IMG/VR virus record: IMGVR_UViG_3300012920_000029
Coordinates: 8,428 to 72,427 of that record
Reading direction: 5' to 3' (one strand)
Length of the DNA stretch: 64,000 bases
From: a virus
Shown here piece by piece: positions 38,394 through 48,038 of this stretch (position 1 is its first letter; each line of letters starts with the position of its first letter). Made by a program: the position numbers and the translations under genes. Below the pieces are notes generated by a model, which was not told the DNA's origin, searched no databases, and was given only the letters and a program-made list of their open reading frames with translations.

Positions 38394-41300
38394 GTAGAGC
38401 TCGCCATTTCCCAGTTTTGAATAACTGTAGTAACATCGAAGATAGTTACATCATTAGAATTGATGCCAGGTTTTAAAAGTTTTTTAAGATTAGGAAGGGC
38501 CCTAGAAACATCTCGATATTTCATAGAGTTCTTATAAGTACCCGCCACACCTTGCAATCTTTTAGGAGTATCCTGCTTAAATCTATCTCCCGGTTTAAAT
38601 AAACTAGCTAGAACTTCGGACCATAGAACAATAAGTACATGCACCGATTTTCCATTCTTAGTATAAGTGGCGTAAGATAACCCACAATCTAGCTCTTGCA
38701 ATTTGTACCTCTCAGCAGGATCACCTAGTAGTGATCTAACAGAAGTGTATCTATTAGGACTTCCCGGAGGGGTGTATTCTACTCTAGCAGAAAGAATACT
38801 CTCAAATAGTGATTCAGATTGCGTAGAGTTTGTGATGTTAGCTATAAGCTTAATCTTTTTTCTAACTACTCTTTTAATGTAGCTATGCGGATCTAAACCT
38901 ACTAGCTTTATTATAGAAGAAGTTACTACTACCGAATCTAGAAACCTAGAGGGAACGGCAGCCACTCCTGCATAAGCAGCTAAACTATCTTTTACTGTAG
39001 CTGAGTTATAGTGAAATCTTAATTCGTCAATATAACGTCTAACTTTTTTAGCTCTAGAAAACATTCCGATAGTTAGATTTCTTCTAAAATGTTGTATAGT
39101 AGCGTATCCGAAAACATCTTTTAGAACTGTGTGAGGATCAGGCTTGTCCTCTACACGAATACTTTCTAACTGCATAAACCTAGATATATCCGCTTCTTCA
39201 CGTAATCGGTTGATAGCACAAGCCCATATTTGACATTTAAGAACATAGTTGGTAGCCTCGGGGTTTTCTACATTACCACGAGATACCGTAGATTGTGCAC
39301 TAGAGGTTAAGGCCCTAACATCTCTTAGTATATCTCGAACAGCTCTACTATGTCTGTCTTGGCCTTTATCTTCAAACTCATCTAAAGCTAAGCCTAAACT
39401 ACTTCTATTAGCAGTTTTGCGAGCACTTGCTGGAGTATAGCTGGTCATAACCCCGTTGACACACTCAAGCAATCTTAATCTAAGATTTTCACCTGCTATT
39501 AAATCTAGTAGTTTAGATTTACCAGAACCTCGTTCACCGTTTAGTATGGTATACAACTGTCTAGGAAGAATACCTGATATAGTATTTAACATTATAGCTG
39601 CAGCTAAGTATTGACAGTCTTCAATACCCCCCTCCATCTGCCAACCTAGGTTAATGGCGCTAACTAAGAAGTCAAAAGTTTCTTCAACATCTACGTTTTT
39701 ACCTACATTTAAATCCTCGCAAGAATTTATCTCAGAACTCCAAGCCGGCTTAGTTATATTCATTATATAATCGCCTACCCGAGGACCTTCTAGCAAAGAC
39801 CATTCAAGCTCTTCTCCTTGATAAGTACCTAAGTAAACATTATTTCCATTTACAAGTACCCATACCCCGTCTGTAGAATCGCCTTTTTTCAACTCAACGT
39901 AATGAGCACCAGATTTAAGTTCTTCTAAAGAGGCTACTACGGGTATTTCTTTGCATAGATTTTCCATAGCTATTTCTATGTACTTTTTCATTTTTGCATT
40001 AAGTTCGGTAAGGCTTAAAGGCTTGACTGTCTTACCAACTGTTTTAAAAGCCAAAGCCCTAGGTATTCCTACAGAAGTTTTTATCCAGTCCACAGCATTA
40101 CCTAAATCTATGGCTAACCTGCCAAATAGTTCACTAGCATGAGATATCCGAAGATCGCGAGGCTCTCTTTTCCTTTTATTCCAAGCTTTTATAATACTTT
40201 CAGAACGTTTAGAACTATCTATTCCTATGAAATAAAATTCTTCTTTTAGAGCTTGAATTATTCTTAAAACAAACCCCTCTTCACTATCATCTTGGCCTAC
40301 TACAAGTTCTAAGATAGTACCTAAATCTAGATTTACGAATTTACTTACTTCTACACAATACATTCTTTGATAGCTGTAGTCTCGCAAGCAAGCACCATTA
40401 GAAGCGATTATTCTCTTTATTTCCGAAATATCATCTTGGGGAACTTTTTTAACAGCCTCATAAGTTACATCAGTAAGCCATCTATATGCAGATGTAAAAT
40501 TGTTGCGTATAGTAACGTTACCTACTAGAGAGTTTTTAGTTATACATTCTAACCAAGTTTGCCACCCATACTTAGCTATGGCCTCCGCAGGATCCTTAGC
40601 TTTTACTTCATCAGGCCAATCAAAAACAGAGCAAGTTAAATTAGTTCTACTTAATACCGCCTTAGCAATGTTAATACCTCCATGCTCAGGGTGATCAGGT
40701 AGCACGAATATTTTTCTAATATTACAAGTATCTTGCAAGACATTTGCTGAAGTACTAGCAGAGCCCCCTATACCTAAAACCACATCGTAAGTAATACCTT
40801 TAGCATAGTTTGCTAAATGAGCCAGAGCATCAAACTCCCCTTCAACGAGAATTGCAGTTCTTGTATCTTTACTAGAACCCATCAAGCCATTGTAGTTTGC
40901 TAGCCCGAAGAAACCCATTAGAGGTTCACTATCGTCACTAATAAACATCTCGCTTTTACCGTCGGAATTAGGTCGCATAAAATCAGTTCTAACTTTGAAT
41001 CTACTGAACTCGGTAGGATTTTTATGATAGAAAAATACTAGGCCTCCGATATTTTCTGGACGCATAACTGGTTCTGCGAATAAATACACCTCTTTGGCCA
41101 ACTTACCTGCGTACTTATTCATAACTACTTGAGGAGCTAGGACTCCGATAGGTAGAGAGGGAATAACTTCTTTAGAGATACCTCTAGATTCTAAGTAGGT
41201 TATGCATTGCCGAGCGTAGAGATACTCTTGACTTTTATTAGTAGTATCTTGTGCAGCGGCTACTAGTATATTGTGAGTAGTGTGTGCGAACGCATTTTTT

Positions 41301-41662
41301 ATTTCATTGCGTTTTTCGGAGTCTCGCAGAGTCTTACGCAAAGTTTTAGGTAGGCTTTTAGCCCCATTGTTATTTAAAACAATGGCGGCTTCTGACCAAG
41401 AGATATTACCTACAGTAGCTACGAATTTAAGAGGGTTAACTTCGTACTGACCACAGCTAAAGCATTTTACTACTCCTTTAGTAGGGGTAACATGGCAACT
41501 TGGCCGTGAGTCTACATGTCCTGGAAAAGGGCAATGGCCTTTCAAGCTATTACCCTTCATTTCCCAAGATCCTTTACCTAGTTCAGCGAGTATGTCCCGC
41601 CATTTTGCTAGCGGGATATCCTCCCATATCTCTTTGTAGGAAATCTTAGGGGGTTTTTGCAT
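38390..41662 (-). CDS. Primase-helicase fusion (CHC2 Zn finger, TOPRIM, P-loop domain)
   Basis: CPFPGHVDSRPSC...KCFSC; VEGEFDAL; KDPAE; Walker A GERGSGKS; Walker B LDEFE. Confidence 0.8.
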   Translation of the reverse strand: MQKPPKISYKEIWEDIPLAKWRDILAELGKGSWEMKGNSLKGHCPFPGHVDSRPSCHVTPTKGVVKCFSCGQYEVNPLKFVATVGNISWSEAAIVLNNNGAKSLPKTLRKTLRDSEKRNEIKNAFAHTTHNILVAAAQDTTNKSQEYLYARQCITYLESRGISKEVIPSLPIGVLAPQVVMNKYAGKLAKEVYLFAEPVMRPENIGGLVFFYHKNPTEFSRFKVRTDFMRPNSDGKSEMFISDDSEPLMGFFGLANYNGLMGSSKDTRTAILVEGEFDALAHLANYAKGITYDVVLGIGGSASTSANVLQDTCNIRKIFVLPDHPEHGGINIAKAVLSRTNLTCSVFDWPDEVKAKDPAEAIAKYGWQTWLECITKNSLVGNVTIRNNFTSAYRWLTDVTYEAVKKVPQDDISEIKRIIASNGACLRDYSYQRMYCVEVSKFVNLDLGTILELVVGQDDSEEGFVLRIIQALKEEFYFIGIDSSKRSESIIKAWNKRKREPRDLRISHASELFGRLAIDLGNAVDWIKTSVGIPRALAFKTVGKTVKPLSLTELNAKMKKYIEIAMENLCKEIPVVASLEELKSGAHYVELKKGDSTDGVWVLVNGNNVYLGTYQGEELEWSLLEGPRVGDYIMNITKPAWSSEINSCEDLNVGKNVDVEETFDFLVSAINLGWQMEGGIEDCQYLAAAIMLNTISGILPRQLYTILNGERGSGKSKLLDLIAGENLRLRLLECVNGVMTSYTPASARKTANRSSLGLALDEFEDKGQDRHSRAVRDILRDVRALTSSAQSTVSRGNVENPEATNYVLKCQIWACAINRLREEADISRFMQLESIRVEDKPDPHTVLKDVFGYATIQHFRRNLTIGMFSRAKKVRRYIDELRFHYNSATVKDSLAAYAGVAAVPSRFLDSVVVTSSIIKLVGLDPHSYIKRVVRKKIKLIANITNSTQSESLFESILSARVEYTPPGSPNRYTSVRSLLGDPAERYKLQELDCGLSYATYTKNGKSVHVLIVLWSEVLASLFKPGDRFKQDTPKRLQGVAGTYKNSMKYRDVSRALPNLKKLLKPGINSNDVTIFDVTTVIQNWEMASST

Positions 41663-41667
41663 TAGGG

Positions 41668-42459
41668 CTAATTTTCTTTCTCGCAGATATTCTTGAATTT
41701 ACACCAAGAACAATGCCTTCCTTTCGACTTAGTAACTTCATCTCTAAGCGTTTCTGCTAAAGCATTTACCTGCAACATTACTGGGTTATCAGGGGTTAGG
41801 TCTGCTCTAGTAATCTTTTTAGGATACCACTCTAGTTCTCCCGAAGTAGTAGAATAGATGGCGGGCTGCACAGATACTATATCATACCATGCATGAAGTA
41901 GAATACCATAGCTCTCTAACTGTATTTTGTAAGAATCTATACTCTTACATCTGCCAGTTTTTAAGTCAATGGCTATTGCATGCTTTGTACCATTTTTTTC
42001 TACGATTATAACTCGATCTACAACACCTCTAAGTATTGAATTTCTATCCCAAAAATCTGTTTTAACTAGTGTAGGAAGTACTCCTAAGCGAAGTTCAGAT
42101 GAATCTAATGTAACCTTATTTTTATCTTTGAAAGAACTTAATCTATCTTCAAAAGAATCTACTTTTTTAACTAGAGTTTTAATCTTTAATTTATTAGTCC
42201 TAGTTTTAGGTATCTCTGTAAAAGCATCTATCTGTGCCGAAGTTTTTTCCTGTTTAGCTTGAAGCAGTTCGGCGTATTTATGGGTAGCAGAGCCTAGCAC
42301 TAGGGCGGTATTATCTTCTACTACTTGTAATTCCTCTGGGATGTATGGCTTATCTACATATTGCCATACAAATTTTTGAGAACAACTTTCCAATACTCCC
42401 ATCTTACTAGGGCTCCAAGGTCCAAACTCCTTAGCTAGCGAGCTAAAAAAAACAGGCAT
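41668..42459 (-). CDS. PD-(D/E)XK nuclease, Cas4/RecB-like
   Basis: WSPSK..C; GSATH; RGVVDR; IDLKTG; QLESY; CSWCKFKNIC. Confidence 0.8.
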   Translation of the reverse strand: MPVFFSSLAKEFGPWSPSKMGVLESCSQKFVWQYVDKPYIPEELQVVEDNTALVLGSATHKYAELLQAKQEKTSAQIDAFTEIPKTRTNKLKIKTLVKKVDSFEDRLSSFKDKNKVTLDSSELRLGVLPTLVKTDFWDRNSILRGVVDRVIIVEKNGTKHAIAIDLKTGRCKSIDSYKIQLESYGILLHAWYDIVSVQPAIYSTTSGELEWYPKKITRADLTPDNPVMLQVNALAETLRDEVTKSKGRHCSWCKFKNICEKEN

Positions 42460-42506
42460 AACCTGCCTCCTTTCTTATAAGGTTTAATTCTAGCCGTATA
42501 TCTAGC

Positions 42507-43064
42507 CTAGACGTCGAAGTCTGGTAGGTCTTCTACCTCTACCTCTGCTTCTTCCTCATTACTGGTAGCTGTTTCTACTACTGCAGTGTTTACCTTAGGC
42601 GAGGTAATCTCTGAGTCTTCTGGTTTAACATAGCTGAAGGACACATAGTCCTTCCCATTTTTACTAGTTTGGTTAGTGGCGATTACTTTTAAGTAACTTC
42701 CTGCTAGAGAGGATTGAGATCCTCCTGTGAGAGCGGCCTCTAGTTGGCTTGGATCAGGAGATTGGATATCGATACACGCATTGATCATCGCCTTAAGTAA
42801 TCCTAGGTTTTGATTAATACGCCACTGTAGGTCATTGCTAATAGCAAAGATTTGCTTTACAAACTCCCCAGGAACATGAGTTCCTGTAGAAGAGATAATT
42901 TTAGACTCGATAATACAGATCTCTTTGCCTGCTTGAGTCTCTCTTGTTACCACCCCCTCTACAAGTACTACATGTGTACCTGTTTCGAGATATCGACGTT
43001 CAACACGCTTAGCTTCTACTTGGTCCATTTTGTTGGACAGATTTTCAAAATTTGGCATTTGCAA
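42507..43064 (-). CDS. Putative single-stranded DNA-binding protein
   Basis: Beta-rich body with an acidic C-terminal tail ending EDLPDFDV, inside the replication operon. Confidence 0.5.
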   Translation of the reverse strand: MQMPNFENLSNKMDQVEAKRVERRYLETGTHVVLVEGVVTRETQAGKEICIIESKIISSTGTHVPGEFVKQIFAISNDLQWRINQNLGLLKAMINACIDIQSPDPSQLEAALTGGSQSSLAGSYLKVIATNQTSKNGKDYVSFSYVKPEDSEITSPKVNTAVVETATSNEEEAEVEVEDLPDFDV

Positions 43065-43080
43065 TTTTTCCTTTCGTTAA

Positions 43081-43572
43081 TTAGCGGTTAGCAGTTTGCC
43101 GTTTATCTAGCGTACTAGTGAATTGCTCACTAGGAATTATAGGACTAACAGAGAAATCAATCTTAGTCAAGCTTTTCAAGCTTGCATTAATGATTCTTTT
43201 TGACCCTCTGTTTTTTTGGGTTTGAATACTAATCAACACCCTATCTAAGGCTTCTACTTGAGGGACTAATTCCTCTTCAAAGCATATTGTATATAGCTGT
43301 TCAGGATCGTCTGACATGGCAAATAGTAGCTTATAGCTATCTTTGCAATAATTTAATTCTCCTCTTAGAAAATTGAACTTGCAGTCTAAGCAGTTACCGT
43401 GCATGCTACCTACCTGTAGATCCTTAGAATAGCACCCACTATCAGAGTGCGATCTATTTCTAGTTATTTCTAGTATGACAATTCTAATCTCATTTCCGAG
43501 ATACCTATTGTCTTGGTAAAATCCCAAACTTCCAGAAGGAGGATGAGATATGGAAAGCGACTTCATCGACAT
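43081..43572 (-). CDS. Hypothetical Cys-containing protein (replication module)
   Basis: 163 aa; CYS...CLDC...YCK. Confidence 0.5.
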   Translation of the reverse strand: MSMKSLSISHPPSGSLGFYQDNRYLGNEIRIVILEITRNRSHSDSGCYSKDLQVGSMHGNCLDCKFNFLRGELNYCKDSYKLLFAMSDDPEQLYTICFEEELVPQVEALDRVLISIQTQKNRGSKRIINASLKSLTKIDFSVSPIIPSEQFTSTLDKRQTANR

Positions 43573-44215
43573 CTATTATGACGACCTTTCCCGAGTTACT
43601 ATACTCGATAAAACCGAAGAAAAAAGACTACTTATTGCTTACAACGACCCTAGTACTTCTGAAATACAAAAGCAAAGAATAAAGTGTAAAGTTTTGGAAT
43701 CTAATCTAAGGCTTGTTTTCGGGATGGCTAAAGGCATGTGGGATAAGAAAGACCCAGATAAGCTTCAAGAACTTATTGCTAACGGCAACCTTGGTTTAAT
43801 ACAAGCTCTAGATAAATTTGATCCTTCTTATGGCGTTAGGTTTTGCACTTATGCCGGACACTGGGTCTTAATGAGTATGCGAAAAACCTTCTTAACTGTA
43901 GTAAAGACTCCTTTAGATAAGGCTCAACCTATCTATGAGGAAGAAAGCTATGCTCCCGAGGAGCCCTACTTAGTAAACTACGATCGGGGCATAGAAAATT
44001 TACAGCAGACTGCCTATATAGCGTTGTGGCTGAGGTTCCTTACTGACCGGGAAAGATTTATTATAAGGGAGAGCTTTCTTCGCAAAGATCATACCACTAA
44101 AAGCCTTAGGGAGATGGCTTCGGAATTATCTTTAAGTAGCGAACGTGTTAGGCAGCTTAAAGCTAACGCTATTAACAAGCTCTCTCTGTGGCTTAGTTAC
44201 CATTACGAATCTTAA
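43550..44215 (+). CDS. Sigma70-family factor (RpoD/RpoS/RpoH-like, compact)
   Basis: Region 1.2 ILDKTEEKRL; NLRLV; GNLGLIQALDKFDPSYGVRFCTYAGHW; region 4 SLREMASELSLSSERVRQL. Confidence 0.88.
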   Translation: MESDFIDIYYDDLSRVTILDKTEEKRLLIAYNDPSTSEIQKQRIKCKVLESNLRLVFGMAKGMWDKKDPDKLQELIANGNLGLIQALDKFDPSYGVRFCTYAGHWVLMSMRKTFLTVVKTPLDKAQPIYEEESYAPEEPYLVNYDRGIENLQQTAYIALWLRFLTDRERFIIRESFLRKDHTTKSLREMASELSLSSERVRQLKANAINKLSLWLSYHYES

Positions 44216-45339
44216 CTGTCTTCGCTGGCTCCTAGAATAATGTCCTCTAGATTGGTGTTATCATCTGGGCTGATGACCCACTGTAGAACTTTGATAGCCA
44301 CCCCGAGGTCCATAGCTGCATTCACCGAAAGGTCATCTTCTTCATCAGCACTTAGCTCTACACGGGTAGCTGAGATATCGGAGATAACCTCCAAAATAGC
44401 TTCAGCACTACGTACAGGTTTCTTAACCATCTTAGGTTTAGCGGTACTCGCTGTAGGAGTTTTGGGTGATCGTTTCTTGCGGTCTTGTGCTTTGATGCCT
44501 TCCCCACCCGAATCAACCGACTCTTGGTGCTTAGTATCAATGATCTCTTTCACTTCAGCTGTCGAAGGCTTCGACTCATCATCGCCTTTAGCTACTTCTA
44601 GGATCTCTGCACGAGCAGTGGAATCCTTAACGTTGGAGAGTAGTTTCCCTACGCTAAAACCAATTTCTTGGTTATCCACAGCAGCGATAACCTCTGGCAT
44701 TTCATCTTCTTTAGATAGAAGTGCCAATCTAGCATTGATAGTATTCTCGGCTAGGCCAAATTGCTTACACAATTCAGTCATAGGAGTGCCACCTTCAAGC
44801 TGAGCTTGGATTTGGCGGGCCATCTCGATAGGAGACCAATTTAGTCTCTGAGTATTACGGATCAAGGCATCTTGGCCCATTTCCAGCATTACTTGTTTTC
44901 TAACATGCTCTCGGCACTCCTCTTGTAGTTCATCACTAGCATCTGCGTTCAGCGAATGCCAATCCCCAAAGATCTCTTCTACGATGTTCATCACACTGGG
45001 GCGAACTTCACATTTGATCTTTGATAGCGCTTTACCGTTAGCCGTAGATGTCTCTCCATCAGCAATGAGAAGAGAAACAACGTAGCAACGGCGATTGCCT
45101 TCTAGGACCCGATAACCTTCTCCGTCATCGGTCTCCATTACGATAGGTGATTCTAGTACGCCTTTAGCTAAGACGCTTTGTTTCATAGAGCTGATTTGAG
45201 CGTCATCACCATAGTACTCTCTAGACTGAAGAATATCTGTATCTCCAGGAGATTTAAATGTTAGCTTATCAAAGTCAATTAGTTTGTAGCTTGAGCGGAC
45301 AGCTGAGCTATCCACTGTAGGAAAGTTATTGTTCTGCAT
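44212..45339 (-). CDS. ParB-like protein
   Basis: GVLESPIV, VLEGNRR, RNTQRLNWSPIE, then an HTH; start may be 45339 or 45360. Confidence 0.75.
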   Translation of the reverse strand: MQNNNFPTVDSSAVRSSYKLIDFDKLTFKSPGDTDILQSREYYGDDAQISSMKQSVLAKGVLESPIVMETDDGEGYRVLEGNRRCYVVSLLIADGETSTANGKALSKIKCEVRPSVMNIVEEIFGDWHSLNADASDELQEECREHVRKQVMLEMGQDALIRNTQRLNWSPIEMARQIQAQLEGGTPMTELCKQFGLAENTINARLALLSKEDEMPEVIAAVDNQEIGFSVGKLLSNVKDSTARAEILEVAKGDDESKPSTAEVKEIIDTKHQESVDSGGEGIKAQDRKKRSPKTPTASTAKPKMVKKPVRSAEAILEVISDISATRVELSADEEDDLSVNAAMDLGVAIKVLQWVISPDDNTNLEDIILGASEDS

Positions 45340-46084
45340 ATTTACCTCGGCAATTAGCATAATGAGCGCACCATTTAGTAGTGCACATCCACGAATCAGG
45401 ACTAGTCATAGGAAAGTTGCCCCTACTTATATTAGTAGCTACTTCCCCAATTAAGTCTGTAAAATAATCTAGCTCGCTCTTTGCGAATGAATATCTAGCT
45501 ACCCCGACCTTAGGTACTTTGGTTTTACATACCGTATCAAACCTAACATCGGAGATGTCTTCTACTATAGCGTACATAGCTAACTGCACGCTATTTCTAC
45601 AATCGGCTTCGGACTTAGATCGTTTAGCAACTTTCAAGTCACAGATCTCCATCCTGCCAGTACTGTTATCTATGTAGTCTACATACCCTCTTACAGGTAC
45701 GTCACCTACTAGACTTTCAAATCCAAACTCGGATTTTACCGGCATAATGGAGTTGCCTACTCCCTTATACCAGGTTTTATACAAAATTTGTGAGTAAGTA
45801 GTCCAGTAGTCTTTGTCTTCACCTTCATAGTCACAGTCTTCTAATAGTTCAGATAAAGAGTCATGATTTAGAATGTCCTTCTCTTCCATGAAGATACCAT
45901 CTAATTGGGACTGTAAATTTAGTTCTACCATCTTGTGGACGGTTGACCCTATACCGAGAGCTACTGATTTAGGAGACTCGGGTCTTTGATTTAATACGTA
46001 TTCTAGTTCATACTGTTTTGGGCAGTTTAAGTATTTAAGCACCTGACTTGCAGACAAATAGTCTCTAGGTAAATTATAAGCCAT
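45326..46084 (-). CDS. PD-(D/E)XK nuclease, Cas4-like (second copy)
   Basis: LSASQ...CP; GSTVH; GYVDYID; DLK; QLAMY; C-terminal CTTKWCAHYANC; GGAGG RBS. Confidence 0.8.
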   Translation of the reverse strand: MAYNLPRDYLSASQVLKYLNCPKQYELEYVLNQRPESPKSVALGIGSTVHKMVELNLQSQLDGIFMEEKDILNHDSLSELLEDCDYEGEDKDYWTTYSQILYKTWYKGVGNSIMPVKSEFGFESLVGDVPVRGYVDYIDNSTGRMEICDLKVAKRSKSEADCRNSVQLAMYAIVEDISDVRFDTVCKTKVPKVGVARYSFAKSELDYFTDLIGEVATNISRGNFPMTSPDSWMCTTKWCAHYANCRGKYAEQ

Positions 46085-46093
46085 TAGTCCTCC

Positions 46094-47971
46094 TTAAATT
46101 CTACACACGTTCAGCGCAGTTTTAGAAATGTCACTATTACTTACTACACATCCGGTGTCAAAAGGTTTTATATTTTTCTCTAAGCAATCTAATACATGAG
46201 GGCAAGATACACACTCTACCTGCTTGCTCATTAAAGTGCTTACATTTATCTTACTTTCTAGTAACTTCATAATATTGTGGTTAACACTATTTCTCATAAC
46301 CACTACTTGTACTAAGAGCTTTTTAAAACCCTTAGCCCGTATACCGTAGTTACGATCTAAGCTTTGTAACCAGTGATCTAGAGACCAGCTCACTTCGGCA
46401 TATATCATAGTAGGTGCTTTAAAAGTAACACCTATACCCATAGAAATTTGGGCTACGATAATAGCACTATCGCTAGTATTAAAGTTATCCTCTACTTCTG
46501 AGTGGTTTTTAGTAGTGGAGTCATATCGAAATGTTTTTCCAAGTTTAGAGCATCTGTTAAACAATTCTTGTATAACCCACTGGTGCTTACCCCAGACTAT
46601 TAGTTTCTTAGTACCCGAAGCAAGATGTGATTGGATTAATTCCATTACAGAATCTAGTATAACAGTACTACCAACCTCCCCAACAAGTCTACCTGGATCT
46701 GATTTTTCAACAGAACACTTTTGTGTGTAGGGTTGAATACCTTTATCAACACATTGTTGTACCAATGGGCAAGTATCACATATCTCCGGATCTTTCAACG
46801 ACTTATAACAAAAACCCATACTTAACTGGGCCAATCTAGTCATAGCTGTTAAGTGGTTAGGTGGTACTCCTAGCGAAACATCGCCCACTTCTAAGCTACT
46901 TAGGCAAACTGTAGCATTATACAGCTTCCTAACTTTAGCATCAGGGCTAATTTCTACTATCTGAATAGTGCGGTCTGGTAAATCTAAGCACTCTTCTGCA
47001 GTCTTGCGAAGACTCATAGAAGTGACAAGTTCATTTACCTCATCAATATTCTTCCACCCACTAATAATGTGCTTATTAAAAGGACTTCTGATAGCGTAAC
47101 GATTTTGAAACTGCCAAGACCCGGGTACTACAAAGTCTCCTAAAGCCTTTAGCTGCCCCCATAGATGCATAGGGGAACCTAGTGAAGGAGTGCCGCTTAA
47201 TAGTAATCTTCTGGTAACCGGTTTGGCCTCTACAAGCTCTAATACTCCCTTAGTTCTTCCTGATTTAGGTGATCTTATAGAGTGAGACTCATCTAGTATA
47301 ATATCTGTATAGGGAACTATTTGTTTTAGTAAGTCTTTGGCTACCCTACAAGTGTCATACGTTACTACTATACCACAGGTTTTAGAATCCTTTATAGCAG
47401 CGAGTATCTTCTTTTCTCTAGTTTTACCTGTGGCTACTATAGGTTCGAGATTAAATTCACCTTTAGAATGAAATTGCATCTCTTTTTTCCAAGTGAACTG
47501 GTTTACTTTTAAAGCTACTACTAACCAGAAAGAAGTTGGTCTACGAGACTTTGTATACATAATCAAATCGCAACCAATCTTAGTCTTACCTAGACCTGGA
47601 TCTAGGAATAGTCCAAGTCTGGGCATATGTATAGCTAGTGAAAGACTTTCTATTTGATGCTCGTAAGGTTTAATCTTAGGGACAAAGTTATCAGTATCGC
47701 CTGACTGAATCTTATCTACATAGCTTTTTAGATCTTTCTCTAACTCTATAACTTTTTGACTGAGTTCAAAGTTAGCGATGTTATCATATTCTCTAATATC
47801 ATCTAGTACATACAGTCCAAAAGGTAGGTATCCAGGAGCAAACCAAATGTTTTTCTTGGCATGTTTAGACATGCCATATATACTCCTGAGGACTGCGACC
47901 TCAGCAGGCTTCACATCAGTTACGTAAATAACGGGTAAGCCTGAACTAGCTAATGTTGTATTAACCTTCAT
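46094..47971 (-). CDS. SNF2-family helicase
   Basis: PYEHQ, DPGLGKT, LDESH, LSGTP, QSLDRNY; GGAGG RBS. Confidence 0.85.
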   Translation of the reverse strand: MKVNTTLASSGLPVIYVTDVKPAEVAVLRSIYGMSKHAKKNIWFAPGYLPFGLYVLDDIREYDNIANFELSQKVIELEKDLKSYVDKIQSGDTDNFVPKIKPYEHQIESLSLAIHMPRLGLFLDPGLGKTKIGCDLIMYTKSRRPTSFWLVVALKVNQFTWKKEMQFHSKGEFNLEPIVATGKTREKKILAAIKDSKTCGIVVTYDTCRVAKDLLKQIVPYTDIILDESHSIRSPKSGRTKGVLELVEAKPVTRRLLLSGTPSLGSPMHLWGQLKALGDFVVPGSWQFQNRYAIRSPFNKHIISGWKNIDEVNELVTSMSLRKTAEECLDLPDRTIQIVEISPDAKVRKLYNATVCLSSLEVGDVSLGVPPNHLTAMTRLAQLSMGFCYKSLKDPEICDTCPLVQQCVDKGIQPYTQKCSVEKSDPGRLVGEVGSTVILDSVMELIQSHLASGTKKLIVWGKHQWVIQELFNRCSKLGKTFRYDSTTKNHSEVEDNFNTSDSAIIVAQISMGIGVTFKAPTMIYAEVSWSLDHWLQSLDRNYGIRAKGFKKLLVQVVVMRNSVNHNIMKLLESKINVSTLMSKQVECVSCPHVLDCLEKNIKPFDTGCVVSNSDISKTALNVCRI

Positions 47972-48010
47972 ATTACCTCCAAGGTTTAAAACATAGATGC
48001 CAGGGGCGTA

Positions 48011-48038
48011 TACTTATACCACATAACCTTTAATTTTT
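48011..48038 (-). promoter_or_regulatory. Candidate promoter for the replication operon (AAAAT-N10-GTGGTATAAGTA)
   Basis: Identical 12-mer to 35322-35333; 40 nt upstream of the helicase start. Confidence 0.55.
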
